Shown here one piece after another: positions 37,605-51,700 of a stretch of DNA of 64,000 bases. The DNA is taken from assembly GCA_030390025.1 (NCBI GenBank), contig CM059432.1, positions 16,680,001 to 16,744,000 of the forward strand, in the 5' to 3' direction. How positions within the stretch are numbered: position 1 is the stretch's first letter; the number at the start of each line of letters is the position of its first letter. The stretch is from Squalus acanthias (taxonomy: Eukaryota). A program made the translations under genes and the position numbers. The notes beneath the pieces are model-generated. The model saw only the letters and a program-made list of their open reading frames with translations, was not told the origin of the DNA and did not search any database.

Positions 37605-38183
37605 GGCCCAGAAATTCCGTTCGCAGGCCTCCCGCGGGCGGAAGGCTGCGATCTGGAAAAATCTGCGCCTGGACCGGAGGGCTCCCGGGAGGCGCAGAGT
37701 TCGTTGCTGGGCCTCTCCAAACTGCCGGTGTGCAGGGCCCACCTATCCCAGAGGCGCAGGCGGTTCGCAGCATTTTAAACAAAAAATTTATTTTTTGAAA
37801 AAAATAATTAAAGTTTTTAACGGGGCTAAAAATAAACTTACCTTTCTTTAAAGTATTTTTAAATGATAAATCAGTGGAAATTTTTTTTTTTTTAAACTTT
37901 TTTCAAACTCTTATCCTGGTAAAAGCAGGCCTTACACCTGCTTTTATCAGGTGCAAGAATTGTAAGTGTTTTCTGAGGGCGGAGGGTCTCCAAAAAACAG
38001 AACTCTCCACCCGCAGAGGCCCTTCTCCCGGGCAGGCGGAGGATCTGTCAAGAGCTTTCTTGACAGATCAGAAATACTGGTTTCCAGCGCATGCGCAGTG
38101 CATGCCTAAAACCGGCATTTCTGTTGGCCCTACAGGTGAGTACACAGCGCGTACACACCCGTAGGGAACGGAATTTCTGCCCC
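37605..38183. mobile_element. Non-autonomous TIR element with internal palindromes (family unassigned)
   Basis: Termini GGCCCAGAAATTCCGTTC / GAACGGAATTTCTGCCCC (16/18 inverted match), GC-rich arms, AT-rich centre. Confidence 0.75.
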
Positions 38184-39385
38184 ATTAACTTTGTTTTGTT
38201 CCCATTTGACATCGATAAGCATACCTATATCATCCAAGCAACATTACAGCCTATAATTAATGCTTGCAACTGCCCACAAGCCAGAGCTGCAAGAGTCGGG
38301 TGTTTCACCCACTTCAACGAAAACTTCCAAGCGTACTTTGGTTCAGGTCAAGACCTGTCTTGCGCTGGGCCATACAAAATAAACCTGCAATATTAATTAT
38401 CTGCCAGGTCCAGTTCCCTGCATCATGGAAGGCAACTGAGGCTCGACTATATGTCGCAACTAATTTCAACATCACAAAAGAAAAAGAAAAGTGTAAAAAG
38501 CAACAGAGTTTCCATGTCAAGGAGTAAAGGCTTTACTTTCCTGTTATTTACTTTATATTTTTACTTACTTTCTTGCTAAAATTAGTGAATGAGGAAAAAT
38601 AGCACCAAGATACTCCCTTTACTGGCACCAAATATGAATGAGACATCAAGCTGGAGTAAAATTCTGTTAAGTATCAGATAACATTTAAAACAGAGTACTT
38701 TGGGAGAAAAAATAACATTTTGGAAGCTTCTGACATATCCCAAAAAGGTATGCTGTGAAAAAGCTTTTGTTACTACATCAGTGTGCAAATAATGGATCAT
38801 GAGAAGCTTCAAAAAATGCTTGGTAAAAGAATGATTTTCATGTATGCTGGTCCAATCTCATTATTTCTACTCAGAACAGCAATTTTAGGTCTTCCATTGT
38901 TGGTTTAAGAGAAAAGAGTACTTTTATAGGAAATAAAATGATAACATTATTAAAGTGTTTGGAACATTGGGCATATTGAGAAAGCACTTCCCTGTATTTC
39001 ATCCTTAAAACCCACAATTTGCCCTCAAGTAACAAAATGTTGAACAATGCCATATTCTATCTGTCTTAAAATGGAAGGAGAGGAGGGGACAGAAAAAAAC
39101 TAATTGGCATGTCCCAAATTAAGCTGTGTAGATTCTAACAGCCAAATCAAGAAATGTTAGAATTACCCATTTTTAACCACTTACAGACTACTTTCCAGTC
39201 CAGAGTTGCAACTGAGGGACAAAACATTTAGTTTCAATTGGTTCACGTGCTGATTTTGCTTTAGCTTATTTCAGTATTTTTGAATTAACATTTCTGCAAT
39301 ACCTAATTAAGTAACATGCCAGAATCTACCAAGTCGAAAACCTCAAGTTTACCTGTATAGACAAGTTTACACAAGATAGGCTTAC

Positions 39386-39465
39386 CTGATCTCAAGGCAT
39401 CCCAGCTTCAGTGCAATATCCTGGTCCACTTGATCTGCTATGTCCATCATATAATCATTCTTGAC
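39386..39465 (-). CDS. PTK2: PTK2/FAK coding exon ([26 protein letters not shown](R))
   Basis: Minus strand: catgtttag|GTCAAG...GATCAG|gtaagc; 80 nt, phase 0/2; matches FAK [27 protein letters not shown]. Confidence 0.97.
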
Positions 39466-39923
39466 CTAAACATGAAAATACATTCACTAAGACCAAGCTG
39501 AGCAGAAACTGTGATAGAATAAGGGTATTTATTCGAGCTCCAACTAAGTTTTTTGAGCTACTCTGCAGATCAACCTTATGACATCTAATAGTACAATCTA
39601 TTTTGTATTCCTGGAGATCTGAAACTTAAACTTATATATGGTATGAATAATATAAACAAACCAATGTGTATAATCTCACTTAAGCAATTTCAAATGGCAA
39701 AGAATTACTCCTATAAATTTCCATATGGCATGGCATTCTCATAAATCCCATACCTTTTCCATTACATCTTCTTAGGAACAAGGGTAGATTTAAATAGCAA
39801 AGTAGTCATTAAGTTGTCTCATTCCTAAAATGATTAATAAAAGCTTGACATGATTTTCAATTTATTTTCGAATAAACTGCTCCAGAACTTTTTTCAGTAA
39901 TCAACAAAACTACAAAAAACAAT

Positions 39924-40400
39924 GGGCGGATTTTCCGACCCCCACGGGCCCGTGCGCCCATAGGGACCGCACGAGTGCCGGTTTCAGGCATGCGAAGCGC
40001 ATGAGCTGAAAACCGGCACTTGCGATGTCAAGAATATCTTGACAGATCATCTGCCTGGCCGGAAAAGTGCCTTTTGCACAACTTCCGCCTGCTGAAAGCC
40101 TGTCAAATTCTTACGCCTGGTAAAAGCAGGCGTAAGGCCTGCCTTTACCAGCATAAGAGTTTTAAAAAATAGAAAAATAAAATTTGATTAATTTATAAAT
40201 TAAAAATACTCTTTTTTAAAAAAAGTTTATTTTTTAGTCCCGTAAAACCATTTAATTATTTGTTTCAAAAAATTTAATTGTTTAAAATATTTAATTAAAT
40301 GGCATTTTAATTAATTTTAAATATGTAATAAAAAAATATTTAACGTTTTAGTGTGTTTTTAAATGTGATCCCCATTCACACTTTTGACAGTTCTGTCCGT
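39924..40400. mobile_element. Related TIR element, inverted relative to 37605-38183
   Basis: 39970-40260 resembles the reverse complement of 37800-38120 (ctggtaaaagcagg and tgtcaaga..tcttgacagatc blocks). Confidence 0.7.
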
Positions 40401-40959
40401 ACGGAAGGAAGGAAGCAAGGAAGAGCACCCAATTTGCACGGGCTGAAGGGCACATTTGTGGAGCCTGCTAGCCACATTCAACTGGAAAAATCCAGCAGGG
40501 GCTTGCCCAGGCCCATTCAGTGTAGTTTTGCCCCCTGTGTTTGGGGACTAATCCAGATGTCTTCAAAAATATTTAGCAGTCTTTGGGGGTTCAGGCCACT
40601 TCTCGGCCTGAACACCTCCCCACCCTCCCCCTCATCCCACTCCAGGGTGGGCCCTACTTGCACACATCTGCAGGCTGGTAAGCTTCATTTCTCGGTGTAC
40701 TGACCTCTAGTTCAATGTTGGGTCCTAAGTGCTCTACCAGTTAGACAACGGCTTCCAGTATTATCTGGATCCAGTGGGGGAAAACCCCAATGACAGGTTA
40801 GAAATGGAAGACTGGAATTGGGGCATAGGGTTGGAGCTAGGAGCTAGGATGGACTTTAGGATGATCACAAGATTTTGAAGTCGATGAGTTGAGAAACTTG
40901 GAGCCAATGTCGATTGATGATGAATGTGTTGGAGGTGGTGGTGGAGAGGAGCTGGGTAG

Positions 40960-42142
40960 TGTTAGACATTAGGGGTACCTAAAATGTATATGGTTATGCG
41001 AATGAAATAGCGACACAAATAATACTGTGCTTAAATGATTGTATTAGAGCTCGAGACAAGTAAAGGGGTTAATGTATATGTTGTGTTTTACTGGAACTGC
41101 TTAAGTTTCGTTTTCCTGGAAAACTTGCGAAGAAGCTATAAAATTTCACACAGTGGAAGTCACATATGACCTTGCTTCGCAGGTTAGTTGTCTGCTGTTT
41201 GTGCGCTAGGAAGGTTGCTGACTGTATCTTTAGTTTGGCCAACCAAGGCCCAATGCTCATGTTTCTTCCATTACCGCTAATGACCATATTATAATGCTAA
41301 GTTAGGATTTGTTTAACAAAGCTGCTTGCTAAGACGCGTAAGTTAACCAGTGTGTGAGAATAGAATAGAGGATAGCTTTGGGAATTTAATGATTCATTTC
41401 ATGGTACAATAGTCTGATAATGAAATGAAATAGTTAGTTTGCACGGCCAGCTGCATGAACATAAATAACTGATAACAAGCAGTTCCAACAATGGGGCCTC
41501 TGACTGGAAGAGTCTGAAGGCCAAGCCTGGTATGTCTGAGTTGCTGACTCTAGCTTGGGGAAGACAGGGCCGGATGAGATAAGGGGAAAACAGTCATCAA
41601 CATGCTGTAAGGCCATGATTGGCTAGGTACAGAAACCATGTGTAATGGCTAAAAGGACCCCTGACAGGTGGAAGATAACAGGAGGGTTGACCCTTTTTCT
41701 ATGGTTTAAACAAAGAACTCGACATACCATTGGGCACCTTGTTTTAAGGGGAATCTCTACAGATTAAATGGTCTTATCAATATTCTACCTCAGGTCCACC
41801 CCTAAAAAAGGGTATAAAAGAAAGACCTGAGGGTAGATCAATGTGGACTTCAATCTAACACTCTTGGGCAGTTCAGAAAGGGTTCCTGAGAGTGGATCTA
41901 TGCGGACTTTGGTCGAACACTCTTGGGTAGTTCAGGAAGAGAGAGGAAGAAGAGCTGTTCATGCACGCCAGCTGTATGTCCGATCGGGGTCGTACTCGCT
42001 ACTTGTCACGGTCGTATGTTTTTGCTGTATAACTAGTGTGTTATATTCCATCTTAAATGCCGATTAAACACAATATACCCACCATATTGGTTTGCACTCG
42101 ATCCTGATTATTTGAAAGACCAGAGATAAGTTAATCTCAACA
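40960..42142 (+). mobile_element. Solo LTR (1183 bp)
   Basis: TGTT...AACA termini, 4-bp TSD GTAG, TATAAAA at ~41813, ATTAAA at ~42064; both ends homologous to 46679-47737. Confidence 0.9.
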
Positions 42143-43006
42143 GTAGGCTAGCGAGGAGAGCATTGGAGAAATTGAGCTTTGAAGTGAGAAAGTTATAGAT
42201 GGTGATTTCAGTGGTGATGGATACGGTAGAGAAAAAGACAGGAAAGGTTCGGGAGATCAAAATAAGCAGTCCATCTGCGGTGCATCAGATGTAGGGTCAT
42301 ACAGGACAGAGATATTGCACACCTTCCCAAATGCAGTAGTACAAAAACATTCTTGCTTTATATTTGGGAGCACATTAAAATATTTATATTGGTCAGATTC
42401 TTAAAGTTTGTGAAGTTGAAGTATTAAACTGGCTTTTTAAGATCAGCAATGAACAGGTTAGCATTTGTAAAGATGAGCTTTATATTGTGTGCAAAACAGT
42501 ATAGCTGTTGCTTGAATGAGATTGCCTATTGTACACTTAATGAGTTTTCACAGGAGCAAATAATGGGACTAAAAAGTGTAACTGACAGCACTTGGCTCAA
42601 ACCATATTTCCCACAAACTGAATTACTAATTATGGTTGGATTGTCAGAGAGCACAGAGGCCAGAAGGCAAGATGTTCAGCCACAAGGATAAAGGAATCAG
42701 AAAAAGAGAACAAAAAAGCAAAGCAACTGAAGCCACTTTCATATTTCCTAGCCACCAAATATCGAACAATGGAAACGTGGGAATGTTTTTGTTGCAGGAT
42801 CTAAAAGGGGGCATTGTAAAATATATTGTTATATAAATAACATGATTAACATTGAAGCACAAGGTAAATAGTTCAATACCTGAAACCTTTGTACAAAAAT
42901 ATTGTCTGAAAACTATATACAGTATTTGATCTGGATTACAAATGTTAAGCTAAAGTTGCATTTATGGTCCACAGAGCAGGGTTTCAAATTAACTTTGAAG
43001 TCCATT

Positions 43007-43216
43007 GGGAGATTTTCCTTGGTCTGCGCCCAGGCATATTAGATTTCCTGTGTACAGTGAATATGAGAAATCAGGCACATCTTGAAGGGTTCTGCCCAAT
43101 TTAAATTAAAGAAAAATTGGGTGGGTTTCTTTACAGGTATGCCCTCGGATTCACCCGATTTTCTCTGCGCCGAAGCAATCCAGTGCGTCTGGGTGCAGAC
43201 CCTGGAAAATGTCTCC
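43007..43216. mobile_element. Small degenerate MITE
   Basis: ggagattttccttggtctgcgcccag and ctgggtgcagaccctggaaaatgtctcc form imperfect inverted termini. Confidence 0.6.
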
Positions 43217-45864
43217 TTATATGTCTTTTAGGCAAAGTAAACAAGTTTTATCAACAGTACTTTTTATTATTCATGTGTTAATTTTGGTTTAGTTACTAGA
43301 TTGCTATTAATATAATTATTTTTTTTATCTAGAATTATTATCCTATATGTTTAGAGTATCTCTCACAAAAGGATAATGCTCTGTTCAAAGTGGAAGAGTG
43401 CTCTTCTAGTCTTAAGCTGGCAGTTTTAAGTGAGGTACTTGAAGTGCACTTTTAAAGCACAGCTGCATGGCACAGTTTACACCAGCGCAGTAAAACACCC
43501 AGTCTCTCAAAAAAAATGGACACACCCATTTGAGACTAAGTATTCTTAAATCACCACAGGTAAGGAATAAACACTGCAACATTTTTGGTCATCCTTTTAA
43601 CAACATTAAGATCACAAGACCAGCAGAGGAAGCACAAGACAAATCAGGAAAAAAATCTGTGGTCAATAGCAATGTCAGCCGTTTCTGGCATATGCGTGAC
43701 CTTACGGGCATCTAAAGAGGAAACCATTCTTCTCCCACTTCATTGAATAAAAATATGCTCATTAATGGTTATATCAACAAGTTTTTGTACTTTTAATGCA
43801 TTCATTCGGCCTGCATTTGAGTTTTGTGAGCCCATTATTTATTTATAGAACATAAATATTACAGGTTACCAAAGTTAGCACGTGTTATTTCTGTTAATAT
43901 TTAAGCACTGAGTGTTTATTTCTTTTCCCCTAACCCCTTGTAAATAAGAGGGATTTCATGTTCAAAATTCCTGCGATCAGAAGGAAATGTTAAATAAGCT
44001 AATGTTTTAAAAGCTTTGGTGCACTATGCAACTTATATTAAGTAAAATTAAAAATGGTCTCCTTAAAATCAATTGAAAACCAAAACATTTTAAAAATCCC
44101 TACAGGCAATTAATTACCAAGCAAATCAATTTAGCAAACTTCACTCTGACAAACAAGAAAAGAAAATATATCACAAATAAATACACTGAATACTGTCATA
44201 ACACTATTTTTCAAAACCTATATAACTAACAAAAAGTGTGGATGGAACAGGAGAAAATGAACGAGATGTTGTTATAACTATTGATTTCTCCTCCCCACAA
44301 CTAAAATGCAATAAATCTTCCACTTTCCATAACTTCTCAAATACTGCTGTGTTTTTCTCTTAACTCCATTGACCTCAACATGGAAGGCCAATTTTCTTTT
44401 ATCTGGGCTAGTTTAATCCCAATATTGTGTATTTGCACAAAGATTATAATGAGGAATCTAATCAGTTAATTTAAAAAATAAATGTTACAATTAAGTGATT
44501 TAAAAATTGACTGCCATCAAATCAGTAGTGAGTACAGAAATCCAAAAGCAAAATTTGGCATGTTTACATGTAAACCATCACATTTTAACGGCAAATTTCA
44601 AAATTGGGATCAAACCCAATAAAATTGTCCATTCTGGTAAACTGCACTTCTGGTAGGATACATACTGCCACTTCTCCCTGTTTCGTGCAGGAACCACTGC
44701 AGCATCTCTCTATACCAACGAGCAGCGTTATGGTAGAGTTTCTCTGCAGTGCCTAAATAAAGGTTGCATGGGGTAAAAGATGCCAAGGACGCAGCTAATC
44801 AAAAGTGTCAACTCCTTTTTGCATTATACTTTGTGAAAGCAGCTGCAAGCATTTGTTTATTTCAAATTGTTTTGCTAATTAAATACAAAGCTCTATTGAT
44901 TAGATCAATATTACATTTGGTTTTTGACTCCAAAAAGTACTTAACTGCTCCCAGCTGATTTCTCCCCTCTCTAACCAAAGGACAATGAGAGCAGTTTTAG
45001 GCATCATTACCCCAGCTGAGAAAGTTAATTCAGCACAGATGAGGGATTGAACCTTGGCCCTTCCTCGTCTGTGTGGTTCAGAATCAATGTGAAGAGGGTT
45101 GACGGTGGAGAGAGAGTTTTATACGCATGTTCAAATTGTTGTACAAATGTTTTCAGCAATTATTTATTTTATCCAAGACATTTGTAAGAGGATTTTGAAT
45201 ATTTGATTTATGAAATTAGAAGTCGACAGTTAAAGATTGACCAACTGGGACTCTCATTCACGTGAACACTGCACACTAAGTAAAACAGTATACTCTGTGC
45301 TAATTCTGTGTTTGAATGGATCTTTCTAACAGGATGACTACAGTGACAAAGGTCAATTTCCTTTTTATTAAAAAGGACTACACGGGCAACTATTCAAACA
45401 TGATACGGTGGGTTTGCCTGATGGTAAACATTCAGGGTGGCTGGAGTTGGGAGTTCCTTAAGAACTTATCTTACGCTCTTATAGGCTTGAAATACACTCT
45501 CCTTGCACTTCTACCTGACCTACATTACAACAATGACTGCCGTTCAAAAGTACTTCATTGCTGTGAAGTGCTTTGGGATATCCTGAGGACTTGAAAGGAG
45601 CTTTATAAATGCATGTTCTTTCTTGTTTTTCTTCTTACTTTCCTATAATCCCTTGATTAAGAATGACTTGACACATTCTGTGGCAGCCCCCTCATGGCAG
45701 GATCTTCATTTTATCATGCACAGATCAATAATTATCCACAATTGGGTGGTCAATAGTCAACTGTGTGAGGAATGTATATGAAGTAGGGTTTATTAAATCA
45801 TCCTAACAGGTAAGTCAGCATTCAAGCTGCTTCAAAAGTAATTTTATATGTTCTTATTTCTTAG

Positions 45865-46560
45865 AGGGGACATTAAAGAACCACTTTCAGGATGCTTGGC
45901 AGCCTTTGGATCCCTTGGACCTCGAGAACTTTATCCAGCAAGAAACCAACCTTTGTGGCCAAATCTTCAAAGGTATTCAACAACCTGAAGACAGTATAAT
46001 TTACACAAGCCAGAAGCACAGGCAAGTAGCTTACACATTTCAACTGGTCAACAATTTTGTCCAATGCATTCTTAACATCTAGCAATATATGGATGAGGCT
46101 GATTCAGTTAAAGGTTTTCCACAAATTCCATTATACACCCCAAAAAATGGCTAACTGGCTACTTGTTGGAGAGAAGGTAATGTTGCTGTGATTGAGAAGA
46201 GGGTACACTTAGTCACTTATTGTGGCACTATCCTAAAATCTTCCCCTTCTGGAGGCTGTGATGGATGCCGTGGACAGGGCAGGGATATAGCTGTTGATAA
46301 TGCTCCTAAACTGTGTTAGTCGAGACTTATGTCAAAGATGAAAGCTCCAGTGTTCACATAGAATGATTCTATCAGCACGATTTACAGCAAAGAGGTTTTG
46401 GAGAAGTTGCAAAGATTACGACTTGCAAAGATCAGAAGTTCCAATCCTCCAAATCCAAGTTCAGCCTAATATTATCTCTAATTTTTCTTCTTGTAGCTTA
46501 AATTTGAGCATGTATTCCACCAAATCATCTAAGCATCAAATCTTGTGTTGTATTCAATTT
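45865..46560 (+). pseudogene. Ancient L1-clade ORF2 C-terminal fossil
   Basis: Manual translation gives SNIWMRLIQLKVFHKFHYTPQKM then (frameshifted) TCWR...GTLSHLLWHYPKIFPFW, a decayed L1/Tx1 zf-RVT CCHC region. Confidence 0.65.
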
Positions 46561-46678
46561 TAAACAATAAAAGCAGATTGACTAAAAAAACTAATTTTTA
46601 TTACAATCAGTTAACATTCATTTGTGGACTACCTGAGCTAAATTATGAGATACTAAATATGACATAGTTTAGCTGTTT

Positions 46679-49080
46679 TGTTAGAAACTAGGGGTGCCTA
46701 AAAATATACATGGCTACGCAAATAATACTGTGTTTAAATGATTGCATGTTTCTGCTCGAAACAAGTAAGGGGCTAACGTACAAGTTTTAATTTTCCTGGA
46801 GGCTTGTATTAGACTTTGAGACAAAATGTTTTCAGTTAGTTAGATTGTTTGTAAGTTAGGGTTTTGACTGTGTTAATGTATCTTTAATTTGGCCAATGAA
46901 GGCCCAACCTAAGTTTCTTCCATTATTACTAATAACCATATTATAATGCTACGGTAGAATTTGGAGTTTGTTTAACAGAACTAATTGTGAAAATAATTAA
47001 AAGTTAATTAGTATTGAAAGACATAGAATAAAAGGAATTTAGGGGAGTTAAGGTATGCATCTCAGGATGGAGCAGTTTGCTAGATGAAAGCGAGATAACG
47101 ACCGGCTGAAGTGGGACAGCTCTGGCTTGGGCCTCATGATTGAAAGGGGACAAGGTCAATTGTACCAATTGTACCAGGGAGGATAGGGACCAGGGAGATA
47201 GGATGAATTCCAATGGAGGAACCTTCAAAATGTAAAAATAAGAAAGATAAATTGGCTGAGATCATGAGACCCCTTTGAGGGAGGGCTTTCATCTAAGAAT
47301 TGAGACAAAGAACTCGACGTTCCATTGGGTACTGAGGTTTTGGGGGAATCTCTATAGGTTAACTGGTCTTGTCAATAATTTGGCCTCAGGCCCACCCCTA
47401 AAAAGTGAATAAAAGTAACACCCAGAGTGCTTGTCCATGCAGACGGTGGAGGGAAGAGCTAAACAAAAGTTGGACTGGTCGAGCGCTCTTTTGAGAGTGA
47501 TCCCATGCTCACCAACTCGGAGGTTCGAGACGAGAAGAGAGGCCGCAAGCCAGAGAACTGTTCACGCAGGCCAGCCGTCTGTCCGATCAGGTCCGGTATC
47601 AGCTACTTGTCACGGTCGTATGTTTTTGCTGTATAACTAGTGTGTTATATTCCGTCCTAAACGCCGATTAAACACAATATATCCACCATATTGGTTTACA
47701 CTCGACCCTGTTTACCAGAGATACGCGAATCTCTACAAAGTGGCGAGCCGAGCCAGGAGTGCAAAAGGGTTGTTGTGGTCGAAACGAGTTGAGGATGGGT
47801 TCGGTCTATAAGGGTACTGGGGGCTGTTATCGGGTTGTAAAGCACAAACGAAAAGGCGGATGCGCATTTTAGAGAAAAGGTTGCGAACAGTCTCTCGGAT
47901 AAGTTAGGGGCCCCAAGCGATAATCGAAATAGTGCAGGGTGATGAGAAGAGTTACTCTGAGATTTGGGGCGAGATAGCATCCCAGGTGGGTGCGAAGAAA
48001 TGTAAAGTTAAATAAGCCAGAAATAGGCTGGCTTACGTGGCGAAGTTGTACTCCTGAAAGAGAAAAATGCACAACTTGAAAGAGACTTACAAGACTGGCA
48101 AGGTCGACACATCACAGCCTGTGCCCTTCTCCGCCAAGAGCAAGCCTTGGCAGATGAAGCACGACTTGCCTCAAGACGCCAACATCAGGTGTATGAGGAT
48201 AACAAAGGTTTAAAAATAAAAAAATGAATCCCTAATTTCACAACTTGAGGACACCAGGGGGGACTTGAGAGAATTACTGGAAAAAACCCCTCTGGTGAGC
48301 ACTGACCATACTCACTGCGAATTAGAAATTATGGAATTGAAGGGAAAACTGGGGAGACAAACGGCTGCTGTTGCGGCCGTCAGTCGCCTTAAACCAGGGG
48401 ATCCCGGTATTAACTGGGACGATCCAACAAGAAAAGCCCAGTGCAATAATAACCCCATCTGCCAAAATAGTCCCTCACCCTCTGCCTCCCTATCCAGGAC
48501 AAATGCCCCAATAGAAACCAAGCAGGTTAATATAGTCACTACTACCACCCGATTTGGTGACCCTACACCCTCGGATGATGAATTCGATAATGATACCTCC
48601 TCTGTAGCCGACAACCTGCCCCCAAACGAGGAAGTAACTACTACTACCAGTAGAAGTTTGACCCCGGTGGAGTGCAAAGCACTAGCCGAATAATTGGGGC
48701 CAATAAACTGGGGGACGAACCCAGTCGCCCGAACAAGTGATTGGGGTCGTTTCGTCGCTGTCACCCTGAGTTAGAGTGAACAGACTTAAAACAAGTTCTG
48801 TTATCATGCATCTCAAAGGAACTCAAGTTATCACTCTCACGGGAAATCTATGATAAAAACAAGGGGTGGTGGGATGTCATGGATTCAGTTTGTTCCCGTT
48901 TGGGCATGGACTCAGTTAATTTCACGCGCACGGCTGGGGATGCCCGGCAAGAGGCTAATGAACATCCCGTGGCCTTTGCAAATCGACTATGATTTGTATG
49001 ACCAGTCCTTGAAAAACCATAATGGTCAAGGGTTTTGGGACACTGAGGGATTTAAGCTGACAGTGCATCCCCTTTCAATT
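46679..49080 (+). mobile_element. 3'-truncated LTR retroelement/ERV: 5' LTR (46679-47737), PBS, degenerate gag
   Basis: TG...CA LTR related to the solo LTR; PBS at 47741; coiled-coil/Pro-rich gag-like ORF 48265-48693; MHR-like RQEANEHPVAFANRL at ~48945-48990; no pol or 3' LTR seen. Confidence 0.8.
47741..47760 (+). promoter_or_regulatory. Primer-binding site complementary to tRNA-Arg(ACG)
   Basis: TGGCGAGCCgAGCCAGGAGT versus expected TGGCGAGCCAGCCAGGAG (one inserted G), 3 nt after the LTR CA. Confidence 0.8.
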
Positions 49081-50319
49081 TGAAACCTGCCTTGCATCTT
49101 GGAACTACATAAGAGTATATCTTACAAAATCTCATTTGTAGCCATATCTATCCACAAAACTGGCCTTTATGTTCATCTGTTGATACACAGCATGGCAAAA
49201 TGATGGAAACCACAGAACAGAACTAAACAACCGTGTATTTTGAAGGAGGAGAATATCCAAATAAAAACTGCATTTAAAATTTGGATACGACTTTCCTGAA
49301 ACGTTTGAAAATCATTGCACTCGATGGTCTGGCAGCTTTGCTATCAAGGGTAACTGAGTGCAAATGTCAGTTTAGACTGTATTTCCACTCTCCTAGCTGA
49401 GAGGTCAATGGTACAGTCACCAGGGAAACAATTTGGATGCCAAACTAGTTTTCAAACATAAATTGACAGCGATGCAACAAATCTTCCTAATCATTCAGGT
49501 GCATGAACATGCAGGTAGGGATAAAGAATTTAGATTTCTTTAAACTGTTGAAGTTGACTGTAAAAACACATTGCTCAAGATATTTCTGAATAACAACTGC
49601 ACAAGAGCTGAAGAGGATGATGCACTCATCAGTAGCAACATCGGTGACTACATTTCATTTTAATATTTATAGCTAAAGCAAGTGATTTCTTTCAGCAAAT
49701 TACATTACTGCTCAAAAACTGTCATATTCACTGCTCTCAGAACTGGTTATGTAAAACCGTAGTACTTGGACAACAAATTGCACGACATATGTGAAGTGCA
49801 GATATTCTCAGGATTTGTCCCGTCGCAACAATTCAATTGTCTTATTTATAGCTGTTACATTTTGAGTTGTAAAATTAAAAGAATGAAGTGGTATGTTACA
49901 TTGGAGAGACTTAGCAATATTTTAACATCTTATATATTTTGATGTACGCCTGTCAACTGCCAAGAAAATAATTCTTATACAAAAATTCTGTTTTTACAAC
50001 AATGAAAGCAACTGTAGATAAATTACAACAGCATCAAATACAAGAGGTTTGTGCAATGACACATCTGTGAACTGCCACCAATGCTCAATGTACAAAAATT
50101 ACATTTTCCATAAAAACCTAAATAATAATTCCTTTCCCTCAAGGTGCCATTTAGCAAGCTTTCAAGTGATAGTCAGACTGATGAAAAGTAAATGCCTTGA
50201 TGCTGGTTTTATCTGGTGATTTGTTGCAGAAGTGACAGGGTCATAGTGACAGTCAAATTTAACAATTTTGCTAAGTAAACAGACTAGCACAATTAGCACT
50301 ATGATAAAGCCACTCATGC

Positions 50320-51000
50320 TTTATTTAGTTTCCTAGAAGTAAAGGGAATTAGGGGTTACGGGGAGCGGGCAGGAAATTGGACATGAGGCTGAGTTCGGAT
50401 CGGTCGAGGTCCCTGTGGGTGGCGTAGCGGGCCCAGGGGCTGAGTGGCCAGGTCCTGCTCCTACTTCTTGTGTTCTTTAGATTTGAGGTGAGGATCAGAT
50501 CAGCCATGATCTTATTGAATAGCGGAGCAGGCTCGAAGGGCCGACTGGCCTACTCCTGCTCCTATTTCTTATGTTCTTCTGCTGCCAGAGCTGAAGAAAG
50601 CTCCAAGTAAATTTATTAATATACATAAATAAAGCCAGTATCAAAGATATTGAGGCTCTGGAAAAGGTGCAGCGGAGGGCTGCAAGATTAATACTTAGTT
50701 TGAAACATCTTAGTTACCAGATAGACTGAAAGAGTCTGTATAATTTAGAAAAGCATAGACTCAAGGGCGATTTGATGAAAATTCATAAAAACATGAAGGG
50801 ATTAGATTATATTGATGCTCAAACGCCTAAAGGGGTCGGAGAAGATTTTCCCGACCTGATTGGCCTGGGTTTTTATCTGGCTCTTTACCTCTCTCAGAAG
50901 ATTACATGGCTCCGGGCAGGTGGGAATTGTCTGAATTGTGATGCACCAAGCATCACAACTATATGAGACAGGCTGGATGGACCAGTATGTTCGTAAAGCA
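50320..51000 (+). mobile_element. Two CR1-clade 3' fragments
   Basis: CR1 tail ending at 50578; KDIEALEKVQRRA-type coding plus UTR at 50640-51000. Confidence 0.7.
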
Positions 51001-51304
51001 GGGTCAAGATAATGAAATACGAGGACAGAACAATCAAGTTATACATACAGTAGTTATTGCACATACACAAGCACAATAAACTCAAGAATAATATCTCAGA
51101 AACCACTAGAATAAAAGAACTTGCATTTATATACAAAATTATGTTCACTTCATTTCAGGAGTGAGAAAAGTTATGCAATTCCCAATCCCACAGCTCTCCT
51201 CACATATCACTGAAGCAAACCTAATGTCCAATACAAATCCTCAAATTATTGTTCCTGTTGAATCTGCAACGTTAATAAATGCCTACGCGGTTTTCTTTAC
51301 TCAT

Positions 51305-51700
51305 AACAGTAACAACTTGCATTTATATAATACCTTAAACGTAGGAAAATGTCCCAAGGTGCTTCACAGGAGCGCAATCAGATAAAAAGTGACATGGAGC
51401 CAAAGGAGGAGACATTAGGACAGGTGACTAAAAGCTTGGTCGAAGAGGTAGGTTTTAATTGGTGTCTTGAAGGAGAGTGAGGTGGAGAGAAAATGAGATG
51501 TTTATGAATGGAATTCCAGAGCTTAGGGCCAAGACTGAAGGCACGGCCGCCAATGGTGGGACGAAGAGAGTCAGGAATGCACAAAAGGTCACAGTTGGAG
51601 GAATGCAGAGACCTTAGAGGGTTGTAGGAGGTAATGGAGATAAGGAAGGGTGAAGCCGTAGGAGGAATCTGAGCATGAGGAGGAGAATTTTAAAATCACG
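51305..51700 (-). mobile_element. L2 3' fragment
   Basis: Similar to 8054-8440 (TIGGRAFSLGPKLWNS). Confidence 0.75.

Noticed and set aside
46363..46563. Duplicated small protein gene (with 60103-60303)
   Set aside because: The ORFs are incidental to an inverted duplication of decayed L1-derived sequence.
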